From the IMG/VR virus record IMGVR_UViG_3300043010_000145: a stretch of DNA of 64,000 nucleotides. The stretch is one strand, 5' to 3'. The notes beneath the pieces are model-generated. The model was not told the DNA's origin, ran no database searches, and saw nothing but the letters and a program-made list of their open reading frames with translations. Below are positions 7,975 through 17,972 of the stretch, piece by piece. Source of the DNA: a virus. Taxonomy: Duplodnaviria; Caudoviricetes. The translations under genes and the position numbers were made by a program. The stretch's first letter is position 1. The number at the start of each line of letters is the position of its first letter.

Positions 7975-10128
7975 GTGATGGTATTGTTACATTTGTTACG
8001 GCAATTACGGGGTCTTTCCGATAACAAACGTTCAAACACAAAGATTGGTGCGGTAAAGTTATGGGTACAGCATTGGGAAGATAGCCATAGAGAAGGACAT
8101 TCTGACAGGTTTGTAACTAGACCATATAATCAATATACAGACGGTTCAGGTATTTATTCACAAGACACTAACGTTACATATTTTTATACAATAGACAATT
8201 ACCCAATGGAACTGGCTAGTGATATGAAGCGACTTTTACGAAACAAAGTTCCTCGTGGTAGCCGTGTCCGTGTATCTTTTATAGATTTGTACGAGCAGAC
8301 AAGCATTGACTGGGATTCCGCCGCTGTTCGTGCCAAACTGAACACATGGCGTGTTTTAAAAGAAGAAACTAAAGAGGGCGATATTTACAACCTAAGTGAA
8401 ACAATTGGACAGACTGCAAGTATGGACTGGCGTGAGGCTTCCTTGGGTTATCTTGTTGAAGCACTTCGCAGCCGTGGAAGATATTTATATCGTGTAAGAA
8501 CCTTAATGATTATTTCAGGTGAGCGTGGTGAAGTGTATGATAAAGCTCTCCTTGAAATTTTGGAAGAATGCCGAACAAGTTTTGGGTTATCTGTCAATCG
8601 TATCAATGGCAATTTGGAAGATTACCTCGAAATGTTTTCACCTTTTACCTTAGAATATAAGGACAGAATTCGTAAGCGAGTAGGTAACTTTGCCATGACA
8701 GATGAGATTCTCGGGCAGCTTTACACATACAGTCAAGGAAAAGTAGGGTATGACGGTATTTATTGGGGAACTGATATTGATTCACGTTTCCCTGTATTCA
8801 AAAAAATGAAACCAAGAGCAGAAGATGCTGAGAATATTTTAATTACTGCACAGACTGGTGGTGGTAAATCATTCTTTGCTAAATCGCTTATCTTTCAGAT
8901 TTTAGCAGATGACCGTTTTAACGGTACAATTATGGACTTTGAAGGTAATGAATATGCTCCATTGACTGCATTCCTTTGTTCCCAAGACGGTTTTGGTCCA
9001 AGAGAAGTTATTACACTAAATATGGCAGAGGGTTCAGGTGCATATTTTGACCCTGTTGCTATTTGTATTTCCCAAGCTGGACAGGAAATGCGGCAAGATT
9101 CTTTGGAGAACAATGCTTTCAATATGGCAAAAGCATATTCTAAATCAATTATGACCGTATTATGTGGTGCTAATGCAAATCGAGATGATTATATTGGTAA
9201 TATTTTAAATGAAGCTATTGAAAGAACTTATGCCAAAGTAGGTGTTACAGATAACCCTAGTACATGGCGGTATTCTAAGGGGTTAACTTTAAAGAATATT
9301 TATGAAGCTATTTCTGAAATTGAAGTAAAATGGCAGAATTTAGAGCAAAAGAGCAGAGCTGGATATCAGTTGACTTCTGAGGAGCGTGCTCTATTAGACC
9401 CGAATTACAAAACAGCCTTAAATAAAATGATTATGATGCTGCGTAGTTATTTTTCCGAAGATGGCATCAATTCCTATATTTTCCGAAATCCAATTCGATT
9501 AGATGAAGTGAGTAATGCACGTTTAGTTGTTTGTTCTTTCGGTATGCAAGGGCGAAGCCCTGAAACGGTTGACCCGATTCAGATGGCTCTTATGGAAATT
9601 TATGCTGCCAATATTTCTCACATACGTTCTATTTATAGTAAAGATGCTGGTAAATTTAATTTTAAAGTTTGGGAGGAGTTTCAGCGATGGAGTGCTTTTG
9701 CAGGCAGTGAAGCTACAATTAAAACAGCTTTGACTGGTGGACGTAAAATGGGTGATGTCAATATTATCATTACCAATGCAGTAGAAGATTTGCTTGTGAA
9801 TGATACATATGCAGTTATGGGTAGTATTACATCTGCTGCAATTGGTTTGTTGCGGCAGGAAACAACTAGACAAATGCTTTGTGAACGATTATCTATACCC
9901 GAATCAAAAGCAAGATTAGATGAAATTGCAAATAAAAATGAGAACCGTGTCGAAATGAATACAAGAAAAGGTGCAAATAGCCGTAGTGAAACAAAAAGTG
10001 ATTACGATAAGGCTTTCTTAGTGTATCTTGACCAAGAAGTAACAACGGTAAGTAAAATGTATTTACCAAGCCAATTGATGCATAGTAAAATATTTAAAAC
10101 AGGTGTGGAATTACAGCACGGAAACTAA
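7975..10128 (+). CDS. VirB4-like conjugative ATPase
   Basis: ENILITAQTGGGKS Walker A, IMDFEGNEY, VWEEF Walker B, GRKMG motif. Confidence 0.8.
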   Translation: MMVLLHLLRQLRGLSDNKRSNTKIGAVKLWVQHWEDSHREGHSDRFVTRPYNQYTDGSGIYSQDTNVTYFYTIDNYPMELASDMKRLLRNKVPRGSRVRVSFIDLYEQTSIDWDSAAVRAKLNTWRVLKEETKEGDIYNLSETIGQTASMDWREASLGYLVEALRSRGRYLYRVRTLMIISGERGEVYDKALLEILEECRTSFGLSVNRINGNLEDYLEMFSPFTLEYKDRIRKRVGNFAMTDEILGQLYTYSQGKVGYDGIYWGTDIDSRFPVFKKMKPRAEDAENILITAQTGGGKSFFAKSLIFQILADDRFNGTIMDFEGNEYAPLTAFLCSQDGFGPREVITLNMAEGSGAYFDPVAICISQAGQEMRQDSLENNAFNMAKAYSKSIMTVLCGANANRDDYIGNILNEAIERTYAKVGVTDNPSTWRYSKGLTLKNIYEAISEIEVKWQNLEQKSRAGYQLTSEERALLDPNYKTALNKMIMMLRSYFSEDGINSYIFRNPIRLDEVSNARLVVCSFGMQGRSPETVDPIQMALMEIYAANISHIRSIYSKDAGKFNFKVWEEFQRWSAFAGSEATIKTALTGGRKMGDVNIIITNAVEDLLVNDTYAVMGSITSAAIGLLRQETTRQMLCERLSIPESKARLDEIANKNENRVEMNTRKGANSRSETKSDYDKAFLVYLDQEVTTVSKMYLPSQLMHSKIFKTGVELQHGN

Positions 10129-10209
10129 ATTTTTGCAAAACAAATATATAAGTAAAAAGAATAGAGAATTTAGTAATTCTCTATTTTATTATGCAGAAAG
10201 GACAATTAT

Positions 10210-11106
10210 ATGAATGGTATTAAGCAGTTTGTAACAAAGCATAAAGTCATATTGGGTATTATAGCAGCAGTAATTGTTGTGGCATGTTTTGCAGGCTACA
10301 AAGGTGTGCAATCCTATAAAAAGAAAAAGCAAACTGAGGCAGACATTGCTTGGATTGAAGCAAATAATGCAACAACTGAGGATTCTACGGATAAGTTGAC
10401 AGGTACATCCTCTCTGTTAATCTCTATGCAAGATAGTTTAACGGAGTCTTACGGTGAAGCACCAGACGGTTTTGTTTGGGATATGGACGGTACTTTAATC
10501 TCTATTGGGGATTCTAGTATGACCGCTGAGGAAGTTGTATATGCTTATTTACAGGCTTTGTCTAAATTAGATATTGATGCAGCTTCTAAGTATTCTCGTA
10601 AAGCGTCTACTGTTAGCCAATATTCTAAATATTATGATAGTACATCTTACACAAGTTACAGCGACCAGTTTAATAGAAATATGTATGCTGCTGTATTAAA
10701 GAGTATTCAGATTGATAAAGTTGAAAGCACGAGTACATTTTCTGCAAATAAACAGGTTTTCACAGTAAGTGCCACGATTATTGATTTAACAAATAAAGAC
10801 TTTTGGCTGAACGACAGACAAGAAGTGTTTGAAACATTGTACACATATGGTGTAGATGAATCCGATAGTACAAAAGCAGACCAGTATTTGTATGAGTATA
10901 TTCTTAGTTATTTTGACAGTGATGTAGCAATTACAAGAACTGTAACATTTGATTTAACTCTTGAAAAATTGACAGACTTCAACACAGGCTGGTTAGTTAC
11001 AGGAGACGGTGATTTAAATAATGCTTGTATCTATAAAGACGGAACAACTGTTTTAACTTATATCAAAGAGCAATATTATGATTACTTAGAGGATTTATAT
11101 TATTAA
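10210..11106 (+). CDS. Single-TM exported conjugation protein (NTF2/VirB8-like fold possible)
   Basis: GAAAGGA RBS; N-terminal TM; acidic extracellular domain; follows VirB4-like gene. Confidence 0.5.
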   Translation: MNGIKQFVTKHKVILGIIAAVIVVACFAGYKGVQSYKKKKQTEADIAWIEANNATTEDSTDKLTGTSSLLISMQDSLTESYGEAPDGFVWDMDGTLISIGDSSMTAEEVVYAYLQALSKLDIDAASKYSRKASTVSQYSKYYDSTSYTSYSDQFNRNMYAAVLKSIQIDKVESTSTFSANKQVFTVSATIIDLTNKDFWLNDRQEVFETLYTYGVDESDSTKADQYLYEYILSYFDSDVAITRTVTFDLTLEKLTDFNTGWLVTGDGDLNNACIYKDGTTVLTYIKEQYYDYLEDLYY

Positions 11107-11118
11107 GGGGTTTTCTAT

Positions 11119-11274
11119 ATGACAGCATTAGTAATGTTATTAACGTTTTTAATGATAATGACCTTTGGTTTCCTGTTTTCCTTAGAAATCAATGAAAATA
11201 GTAAAGCCACAGTTACATCGGTATTTATTATACTTTTAGTAATTTATATTTTAATTGTTCTGTTCTATCGTTAG
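11119..11274 (+). CDS. Small two-TM membrane protein (51 aa); absent from ORF track
   Basis: AAGGGG RBS; MTALVMLLTFLMIMTFGFLFSLEINENSKATVTSVFIILLVIYILIVLFYR. Confidence 0.65.
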   Translation: MTALVMLLTFLMIMTFGFLFSLEINENSKATVTSVFIILLVIYILIVLFYR

Positions 11275-11304
11275 ATATTTTGGATGTAGAAAGGAGATAA
11301 TTAA

Positions 11305-13686
11305 ATGAGTTATGCAGAAAATTTAAGACGCAGACCATCATTTCAGCCAGGTCAAGGTGATGATGACGATGATTTTATGAATAAAAAATCAGCAGCAGAC
11401 GATGATGACGATGATGACGATGACGGTGGTGGTTCATATACACCAAGAAGCAGTCTAAATATGGGCGATATACATAGGAGCAATTCGTTTGCAAACGGTG
11501 CAAGTGCTCTTTCGAGTAGACCCGCTGGTTTGAGTAATGCGAGTTCTTTTAATCAAGGTGGTGGCTTCGGAGGAAACTCTATGAGCGGTGGCTTCAGTGG
11601 TAATTCCCTAGGCGGTGGCTTTGGAGGAAACTCTATGGGTGGCAGCTTTGGTGGTAACACTATGGGCGGTCCAATGGGAATTAACAGAGGCTGGGGTATG
11701 CAACAGCAACAACAGCAACAACAAAAAACTGTGGAAGAACAGTTTTGGGCTGCGGGAAAAAGTGCAGCAAATACAAGTAAAACATTTTTCATAGCCGTAA
11801 AAGATACTTTTGCAGGCAGTAATGCAACAGGTAGAGTAAATGCGGCTTATAACACTTTAAAAATATCAGCTGCATGTTGTGGTTTAGGTGTAATTATGAT
11901 GTTGCTTGGTGCATTTTATCCATTATTTACAAATGGTTTCGGTGTTTTATTAGGTAGTTTAATCTCATTAGGTACTTCTATGTTGATTTACGCTACGCAA
12001 TTAGACCCCGCAAAGAAAGAAGTTCGAGATAGAAAAGCACAAACAGAGTTAGCTGGTATTTATGATAAGCAAGAACCTGAGCCAGTATATATTCCTGAGC
12101 CTGAACCAGAACCTGAGCCAGAACCTGAACCTGAACCAGAACCTTTCTTTCCAGAAGAGGAGGAAGAAGAGGAACCTTATGTTCCATATATTCCGCCTGA
12201 ACCAGAACCTGTGTATACAAAAATGGATGTAGAATCCGCTATGCGAACCATTCCAGATGTGCCAGCCCATGTATATACAAGAAGTTTCTTATTTGAGCAG
12301 TGTAACAAAGTATTGCCAACAATGCAGCCGGATTTTGATGCATGGAAAACTATTCCTGTAACCCAAAGTATTGCAGAAGAATTTCAAAATGCACTTATGG
12401 ATATTTGTATGGGTGCTGGTATAGATGAAGCCAAAGAGGAATATCCGCAAATCACGGAAGTTGCAGAGAATGGTTTTATGTATCGTATTTATATTGCAAA
12501 AGGGACAAAAACATTTTTAGCAAACTGTCAGAAATTTGGTGCAGAATTGGGTAAAATGATTGCCAGCGACCCAGTTACAGGTAGAGCAAGACCAGAATAC
12601 GAGGGTATGTATGGTATTGGTACAAAATTAGGTGTTCAAGTTTATTTCTACCTATTTAAAGGTAAAGCAAGCAATTCCCTTTTATCTTTAGGTGATTGCT
12701 ATTTGAATAAAAAAGTACAGGATTCTATTATGAATCCAAAAATGAGAATGCCTGTTATCTATGGTGTTTCTGAATTTGGGGATATTCATCTTGTCGATTT
12801 CTGGAATGTTGAATCTGCAATTGTATCAGGGCAGCCACGTTCAGGTAAATCTTGGCAAGTTCAGAGTATGCTGCTGCAAATGTGTATGTATAATTCACCA
12901 GAAGAACTCGTATTCGAGGTTATGGATGTCAAAGGTGTAACCAGCGATTATGTTGCTATGATGAAGCATCTTCCACATTTCCGTGTATTCCGCAGCGACC
13001 CAAGAGGTATTATTGAGCGATTAGAGTATTTATTAAATGTTGAAGCAAAACGTAGAGAATCTATTCTGCGACAAAATAACTGTATCAATATTAAAGACTT
13101 AAAAGAGAAATGTCCGACAATCAAGTTGCCATATTTATATGTAATCATTGACGAGATGGCTTCTTTGTCCAATCAGTTGAAAGAGTTAGACAGTTCTTTA
13201 CCTAAAAAAGACCAAGTATTTGTTCAGAAATATAATGGCTATTTACAGCGACTTGCAACACAAACACCTAACTTGGGCTTACGTGCAATTTATGTACCAC
13301 ACCGTTTGACAGATAAGATTATTTCTAAAACAACTTATGAAATGGTTGGAACTCGTATGTGTGTACGTGCAAACCGTGAAGATTTGATTGCAGGTATTGG
13401 TGCAAATGAACGTGTATTCCCTTATAGTTTATCTAACCCAGGTGATATGGGTATGCAAGATTCCCAGATTAACGGCGGTAGACCATTCTTCAATCATGGT
13501 CCAGCTATTGCAAAAGATAACGATGCCAATGAGGAAATTTTTAGCTATGTTGGTGCTTTATGGCAGCGGTTAGAACCTGATTATAAACCACATACAGAAC
13601 AAATTACATTGAGTTCCTTGGCAGAACATGATTATATTGATGTAGATTATTCTATGGAAGGAAATGTATTTGAACGAGAAGACTAG
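11305..13686 (+). CDS. FtsK/SpoIIIE-family DNA translocase (TcpA-like coupling protein)
   Basis: GQPRSGKS Walker A, MDVKG, YVIIDE Walker B; two TM helices; poly-D, GGF, poly-Q and (EP)n tracts. Confidence 0.8.
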   Translation: MSYAENLRRRPSFQPGQGDDDDDFMNKKSAADDDDDDDDDGGGSYTPRSSLNMGDIHRSNSFANGASALSSRPAGLSNASSFNQGGGFGGNSMSGGFSGNSLGGGFGGNSMGGSFGGNTMGGPMGINRGWGMQQQQQQQQKTVEEQFWAAGKSAANTSKTFFIAVKDTFAGSNATGRVNAAYNTLKISAACCGLGVIMMLLGAFYPLFTNGFGVLLGSLISLGTSMLIYATQLDPAKKEVRDRKAQTELAGIYDKQEPEPVYIPEPEPEPEPEPEPEPEPFFPEEEEEEEPYVPYIPPEPEPVYTKMDVESAMRTIPDVPAHVYTRSFLFEQCNKVLPTMQPDFDAWKTIPVTQSIAEEFQNALMDICMGAGIDEAKEEYPQITEVAENGFMYRIYIAKGTKTFLANCQKFGAELGKMIASDPVTGRARPEYEGMYGIGTKLGVQVYFYLFKGKASNSLLSLGDCYLNKKVQDSIMNPKMRMPVIYGVSEFGDIHLVDFWNVESAIVSGQPRSGKSWQVQSMLLQMCMYNSPEELVFEVMDVKGVTSDYVAMMKHLPHFRVFRSDPRGIIERLEYLLNVEAKRRESILRQNNCINIKDLKEKCPTIKLPYLYVIIDEMASLSNQLKELDSSLPKKDQVFVQKYNGYLQRLATQTPNLGLRAIYVPHRLTDKIISKTTYEMVGTRMCVRANREDLIAGIGANERVFPYSLSNPGDMGMQDSQINGGRPFFNHGPAIAKDNDANEEIFSYVGALWQRLEPDYKPHTEQITLSSLAEHDYIDVDYSMEGNVFERED

Positions 13687-13783
13687 GCAAATTGCTTAGT
13701 CTTTTTGTTTCTTTCTATTTGAGTAATACTGCCTGTTTTCTTGGTGAATCTTATCAAATTTAGTATAATATCTATGAAGAAAG

Positions 13784-15340
13784 TTGGTGATTCTTGTGAT
13801 ACCAGAAATCGGATTGGATATTTGGGCGAAGAATACAGACCGTAACCGCTATATGCAAGAAAGTTTTCGACCTACATTCACAAGATACGTTTGTGGAAAT
13901 ACAGAGGACGAGTATAACGATGTGTGTGCTTCATTAAATGCACAAATAAAATCACATCAAGAGATTACGGTATTCATCGAGGGAAACCCAGTCTTTGAGC
14001 CTGATTTGTCTGTTTTACAGCAGCTAAAATCAGAGCTTCCTAAAATGAATCTGTTAAATTTAACAAATGATGATTTAAGGCTCTTTACAGATGATAGAGT
14101 AAATACTTTATTTTTGCGAGCTTTAAATTTCTTATTGAAAGAGCAAAAACTTGCGAATAAATCTGCACAAGAAAACTTTGTTAGTACAATCGTTGTCTAT
14201 GCTCTTAGATACTTGCCAAAGTTGAAGTTTTCCGATGAAGAAACCTGCAAAGTTGTGCAGTACGGTACTTGTGATGATAGAGGAAAGAATTTTCTTTATC
14301 TTTGTCATTTAATGGGTATGGATGTGGTTAGCTTAACACCAATGGTGGATAACGATACTTGGCCTTCTATGTGTCAAGTCATTAAATACAATCGCATGCT
14401 TCGTCAATATCCATGGGAACAAAGATGCAAACTCGGAGTTGTTCATAACCAATACCAAACTTCCACTAGTTTAGCTGCTAAGAATGTGCAGTCTGTCCTT
14501 TTTGAAGGTGATACAAATTTCCGTCCTTGGAGTTTTCGAGAAGCTACAATCGAGCCTACTCTTTTAATTTCCACAGAAGCGGATATTGATATTTCTTGGA
14601 ATGAGCAAGCCCGTATGCGAGAAGGTTTCAAAGCAAGTGTTGAGCAGAAGATTTGTGTAATTCCGCATTTCTTTTATCTCTATGACGGTATCTGTAACGA
14701 TATGAATGTATATCGTGAGAAATTGCACCGTGCAACACATGTGAAAACTTGTTGTTTTGATGCCGTAGGTGGTAAGAAATTAGCTAAGCCGATACCTTCC
14801 TCTATTGCTGCAAGATTGATGTCTCAGGGTATGCAAGGAAAAGTATTCTCCTTAGACAAACTTTGGAGATTAGACTGGTATCCGTATACAGATTTGCCTG
14901 TTGATACACAACAACGAATTATTGGTGTTATCAATAAAATTATGGAAAACGGCAGACATATCTACCGTGGAACTTTAGATGAGCATTCCAAAGCAACCTT
15001 TGTAAGTTATGCTTTCGGTTTAAGCGATACAATTCTGAGTATGATTGACAATTTTGATTGTCCGTATGATGTGCCAAAAGTTGTCTTGTTATTGCAAGGA
15101 AAAGCTTTTCTTGATGACGGAACTTGCTTAATTCTTGGCTTGCTTTCACTTCTTGGCTTTGATATTGCGGTATATTCACCAGCAGGGAGAAGTGGTTTGT
15201 TGAAAGTGATTTCTTCCGAACAATGTTGCCATTTCCGTGGGGATAGAACTGTAACAGATTATCAGTTGCAACTTCCACCAGAACAGCAACCGCAACAAGA
15301 ACAGAAACGAAAAAGCTGGTTACAGGAGCTATTCGAGTGA
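13784..15340 (+). CDS. YceG-like protein (ter/yce stress cluster)
   Basis: FRPWSF, W.E.ARMREGF, FD.P..VPKVV, GFDIAVYSPAG motifs; linked to TelA and TerD as in the B. subtilis yceC-H operon. Confidence 0.75.
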   Translation: MVILVIPEIGLDIWAKNTDRNRYMQESFRPTFTRYVCGNTEDEYNDVCASLNAQIKSHQEITVFIEGNPVFEPDLSVLQQLKSELPKMNLLNLTNDDLRLFTDDRVNTLFLRALNFLLKEQKLANKSAQENFVSTIVVYALRYLPKLKFSDEETCKVVQYGTCDDRGKNFLYLCHLMGMDVVSLTPMVDNDTWPSMCQVIKYNRMLRQYPWEQRCKLGVVHNQYQTSTSLAAKNVQSVLFEGDTNFRPWSFREATIEPTLLISTEADIDISWNEQARMREGFKASVEQKICVIPHFFYLYDGICNDMNVYREKLHRATHVKTCCFDAVGGKKLAKPIPSSIAARLMSQGMQGKVFSLDKLWRLDWYPYTDLPVDTQQRIIGVINKIMENGRHIYRGTLDEHSKATFVSYAFGLSDTILSMIDNFDCPYDVPKVVLLLQGKAFLDDGTCLILGLLSLLGFDIAVYSPAGRSGLLKVISSEQCCHFRGDRTVTDYQLQLPPEQQPQQEQKRKSWLQELFE

Positions 15341-17298
15341 GTAAGTTAACATTAGGAAGCTTATTTGACGGTTCAGGTGGTTTTCCTCTTGCAGCTGAAT
15401 TATCAGGTATTAAATCTGTATGGGCTTCCGAGGTTGAACCGTTTCCCATAGCTGTTACTAGGAAAAATTTTCCAAATATGAAACAGTTGGGTGATGTGCG
15501 GAAAATAGATGGTGCAAAGATAGAACCCGTAGATATTATTACTTTTGGTAGCCCTTGTTTTCCAAAAGGTACACTTGTTCTTACAAAGAAAGGCTATGTA
15601 CCTATTGAAAAAATTTCTACGGAAGATTATGTACTTACACATACAGGAAATTGGCATAGAGTACTTCAGACTGGTTCAAAAGAGGCAAATACTGTTCTAT
15701 TGCATGGCTGCCATCAAGGTTTGGAATGTACACCAAATCATCCAATTTATTCTGCTGAGCTTATCTCTAAGAAAGCAATAGAGGGTACAAATACATATTT
15801 TGTGAATGAACCTACTGCGGAACATACTTGGCTGGCTGCTAATGATATGTTGGGGAAGTTATGGGCTGTACCAAAATGTATTAAAGAAATTGTAGCTATG
15901 CCTAGAGATTTTTCTTTTGATGAAATGCATGAGTTTGGTTTTTCTATTACTGAAGATTCTCACTTAGAATCTTGGATTTATACTATGTCTACTGATTTAC
16001 AGCATGCATTATTAAAAGGTATTATAGATAAAGTTGGTTCATATGAAGCAGAAAGCACATTTCAGCTTGTATTTAAATCACATCATCTAGCGGAGTCTAC
16101 ACGTTTACTCGCTGAAATATTGAATTATTCAACTACTGTTTCTTATTATGATAATTTATACCATTTGCTTATTGCTAGAATTCGTCCTGAAACAAGATGT
16201 GATGATAATTTGCATTCTTGGTATTTGGTGAATGATATTGAAAAGCTTGCGTACACTAAAACCGTATATAACTTAGAAGTTGAAACGGATAATAGCTATA
16301 TTGCAAATAATATTGTTGTACATAATTGTCAGGATTTGAGTGTTTCAGGTAAGCGTGCTGGTTTAGAAGGTAAGCAATCAAGCCTTTTTCTTGAAGCAAT
16401 TCGTATTGTAAAAGAAATGCGGGAAGCAACAAGTAATACCAAACCTAGATATATTGTTTGGGAAAATGTTTGTTTTATAAAAGATACTCTGATTACAACA
16501 CCAAATTCGTATGTACCAATTCAAAATATACATATTGGAGATATGGTTCGCACACATAAGGGTACATTTGAACAAGTGCAAGGTGTACAGTGTACAAAAA
16601 ATGTGCCAACTTATACTTTGTCTACTTTATCAAATACTGTTACTGCAACTGGTGAGCATCCTTTTCTTGTTCGGAAGAAAGATAGTAAGCCAGTTTGGAA
16701 GGAGCTTTCTAAGATTTCTGAAAATGAGTATATTTCATATACATTGAATGATTCTAATCTTGCACATATATCTGATTTACTAAATAACATACTTACTAAA
16801 CATACTTCTGCTAATTCCACAGATTATTTTATTTCTGAGAATAGATTGTGGGAGAAAGTTGTTTCAGTAAAGCATGCAAGTATTCAAACTGTATATAATA
16901 TAACCGTAGAAAGAGAACATACATATGAAGCAAACGGTATCACAGTTCACAACTGCGGAGCATTCTCAAGCCATAACGGAGAAGATTTCCGAACCGTCCT
17001 CGAAGAAATTGCAAAAGTCAAAGACCCCGAAGTTTCAATACCTAAATCTGAAAAGTGGGAACAGTCCGGCTGCATCATGGCAGACAATTACAGTATTGGA
17101 TGGCGAGTTCTCGATGCTCAATATTGGGGAGTTCCCCAAAGAAGAAGCAGAGTCTTCGTTGTCGCAGATTTTGCTGGAACAGGTGGCGAAGAAATATTAT
17201 TTAAGTCCGAAGGCCTGTCAGGGTATTCTGCGGAGGGCTTTAAACAAAAACAAGAAATTGCCAAACAATATGGCAGAGATTCTTCAAAAACAGGCTAA
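15337..17298 (+). CDS. C5 cytosine DNA methyltransferase, N-terminal part (motifs I-VIII), with two inteins
   Basis: LFDGSGG, GSP|CQ, WENV, QRRSRVF; lacks motifs IX-X. Confidence 0.9.
   Translation: MSKLTLGSLFDGSGGFPLAAELSGIKSVWASEVEPFPIAVTRKNFPNMKQLGDVRKIDGAKIEPVDIITFGSPCFPKGTLVLTKKGYVPIEKISTEDYVLTHTGNWHRVLQTGSKEANTVLLHGCHQGLECTPNHPIYSAELISKKAIEGTNTYFVNEPTAEHTWLAANDMLGKLWAVPKCIKEIVAMPRDFSFDEMHEFGFSITEDSHLESWIYTMSTDLQHALLKGIIDKVGSYEAESTFQLVFKSHHLAESTRLLAEILNYSTTVSYYDNLYHLLIARIRPETRCDDNLHSWYLVNDIEKLAYTKTVYNLEVETDNSYIANNIVVHNCQDLSVSGKRAGLEGKQSSLFLEAIRIVKEMREATSNTKPRYIVWENVCFIKDTLITTPNSYVPIQNIHIGDMVRTHKGTFEQVQGVQCTKNVPTYTLSTLSNTVTATGEHPFLVRKKDSKPVWKELSKISENEYISYTLNDSNLAHISDLLNNILTKHTSANSTDYFISENRLWEKVVSVKHASIQTVYNITVEREHTYEANGITVHNCGAFSSHNGEDFRTVLEEIAKVKDPEVSIPKSEKWEQSGCIMADNYSIGWRVLDAQYWGVPQRRSRVFVVADFAGTGGEEILFKSEGLSGYSAEGFKQKQEIAKQYGRDSSKTG
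15556..16326 (+). mobile_element. Intein 1 (257 aa, degenerate LAGLIDADG remnant) inserted immediately before the catalytic Cys
   Basis: CFPKGTLV...CTPNHPI...LLKGIIDKVG...VYNLEV...VVHN|C. Confidence 0.9.
16471..16953 (+). mobile_element. Intein 2 (161-aa mini-intein) inserted after the ENV motif
   Basis: CFIKDTLI...ATGEHPF...VYNITV...TVHN|C. Confidence 0.9.
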
Positions 17299-17953
17299 TG
17301 CACAGATAGATAATGATATACAAATATGTGGTACAGTTTCAGGAGTGGCATTTACTCAAAATCAACGAGATGAAGTGAGAATTTTAGGAGATAAAGTTGG
17401 TGCTCTGGCTGCACATTCGGGTTCACATCAAACGAATTATATCTTGCTTTGCTCTGAGCCACCCAATGAAGTTGTTTCGGGAAAGCCTATTGTGGCTACT
17501 TTAATGGCCAGTCATGGTAAAAAGTGCTATCTTGGTAATCAAGATTCTTTTTCTGGTGATTATTTCTTCAATCAACCTTTGTATATTTATAATGAGGAAA
17601 TGAATAGTGTATCTGAAACAGATATTCGTATTCGCAAACTTACACCTAAGGAATGTGCTAAATTACAAGGATTTCCAGAAAATTGGGCATCAAATTTAGG
17701 TGTTGCTAATCCCACGGAGGAGCTTATACAACAAAATCAGAATATATTCAGTATATATGCAGCCACCATAGGAAATGCAGGTAAAAAGAAAACAGAAAAG
17801 CAAATTCGTAAATGGCTTGCTAATCCACACAGCGATACAGCTGAGTATACAATGTGGGGCAATGGTGTTGCATTACCTTGTGTGTATTTCATTATGGAGG
17901 GTATTGTTTGGCATGCAGCCCAAGGAAATGCCGAATATAATTTAGAAATTTAG
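16925..17953 (+). CDS. C5 methyltransferase C-terminal part (variable region + motifs IX-X) fused to an alternative-frame peptide; likely start near ATG 17114
   Basis: SLSQIL...KYYLSPKACQGILRRA; RKLTPKECAKLQGFP; WGNGVALPCV; overlaps the upstream ORF in another frame. Confidence 0.8.
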   Translation: MKQTVSQFTTAEHSQAITEKISEPSSKKLQKSKTPKFQYLNLKSGNSPAASWQTITVLDGEFSMLNIGEFPKEEAESSLSQILLEQVAKKYYLSPKACQGILRRALNKNKKLPNNMAEILQKQANAQIDNDIQICGTVSGVAFTQNQRDEVRILGDKVGALAAHSGSHQTNYILLCSEPPNEVVSGKPIVATLMASHGKKCYLGNQDSFSGDYFFNQPLYIYNEEMNSVSETDIRIRKLTPKECAKLQGFPENWASNLGVANPTEELIQQNQNIFSIYAATIGNAGKKKTEKQIRKWLANPHSDTAEYTMWGNGVALPCVYFIMEGIVWHAAQGNAEYNLEI

Positions 17954-17972
17954 AAAGGAAATTTTTTACTCT

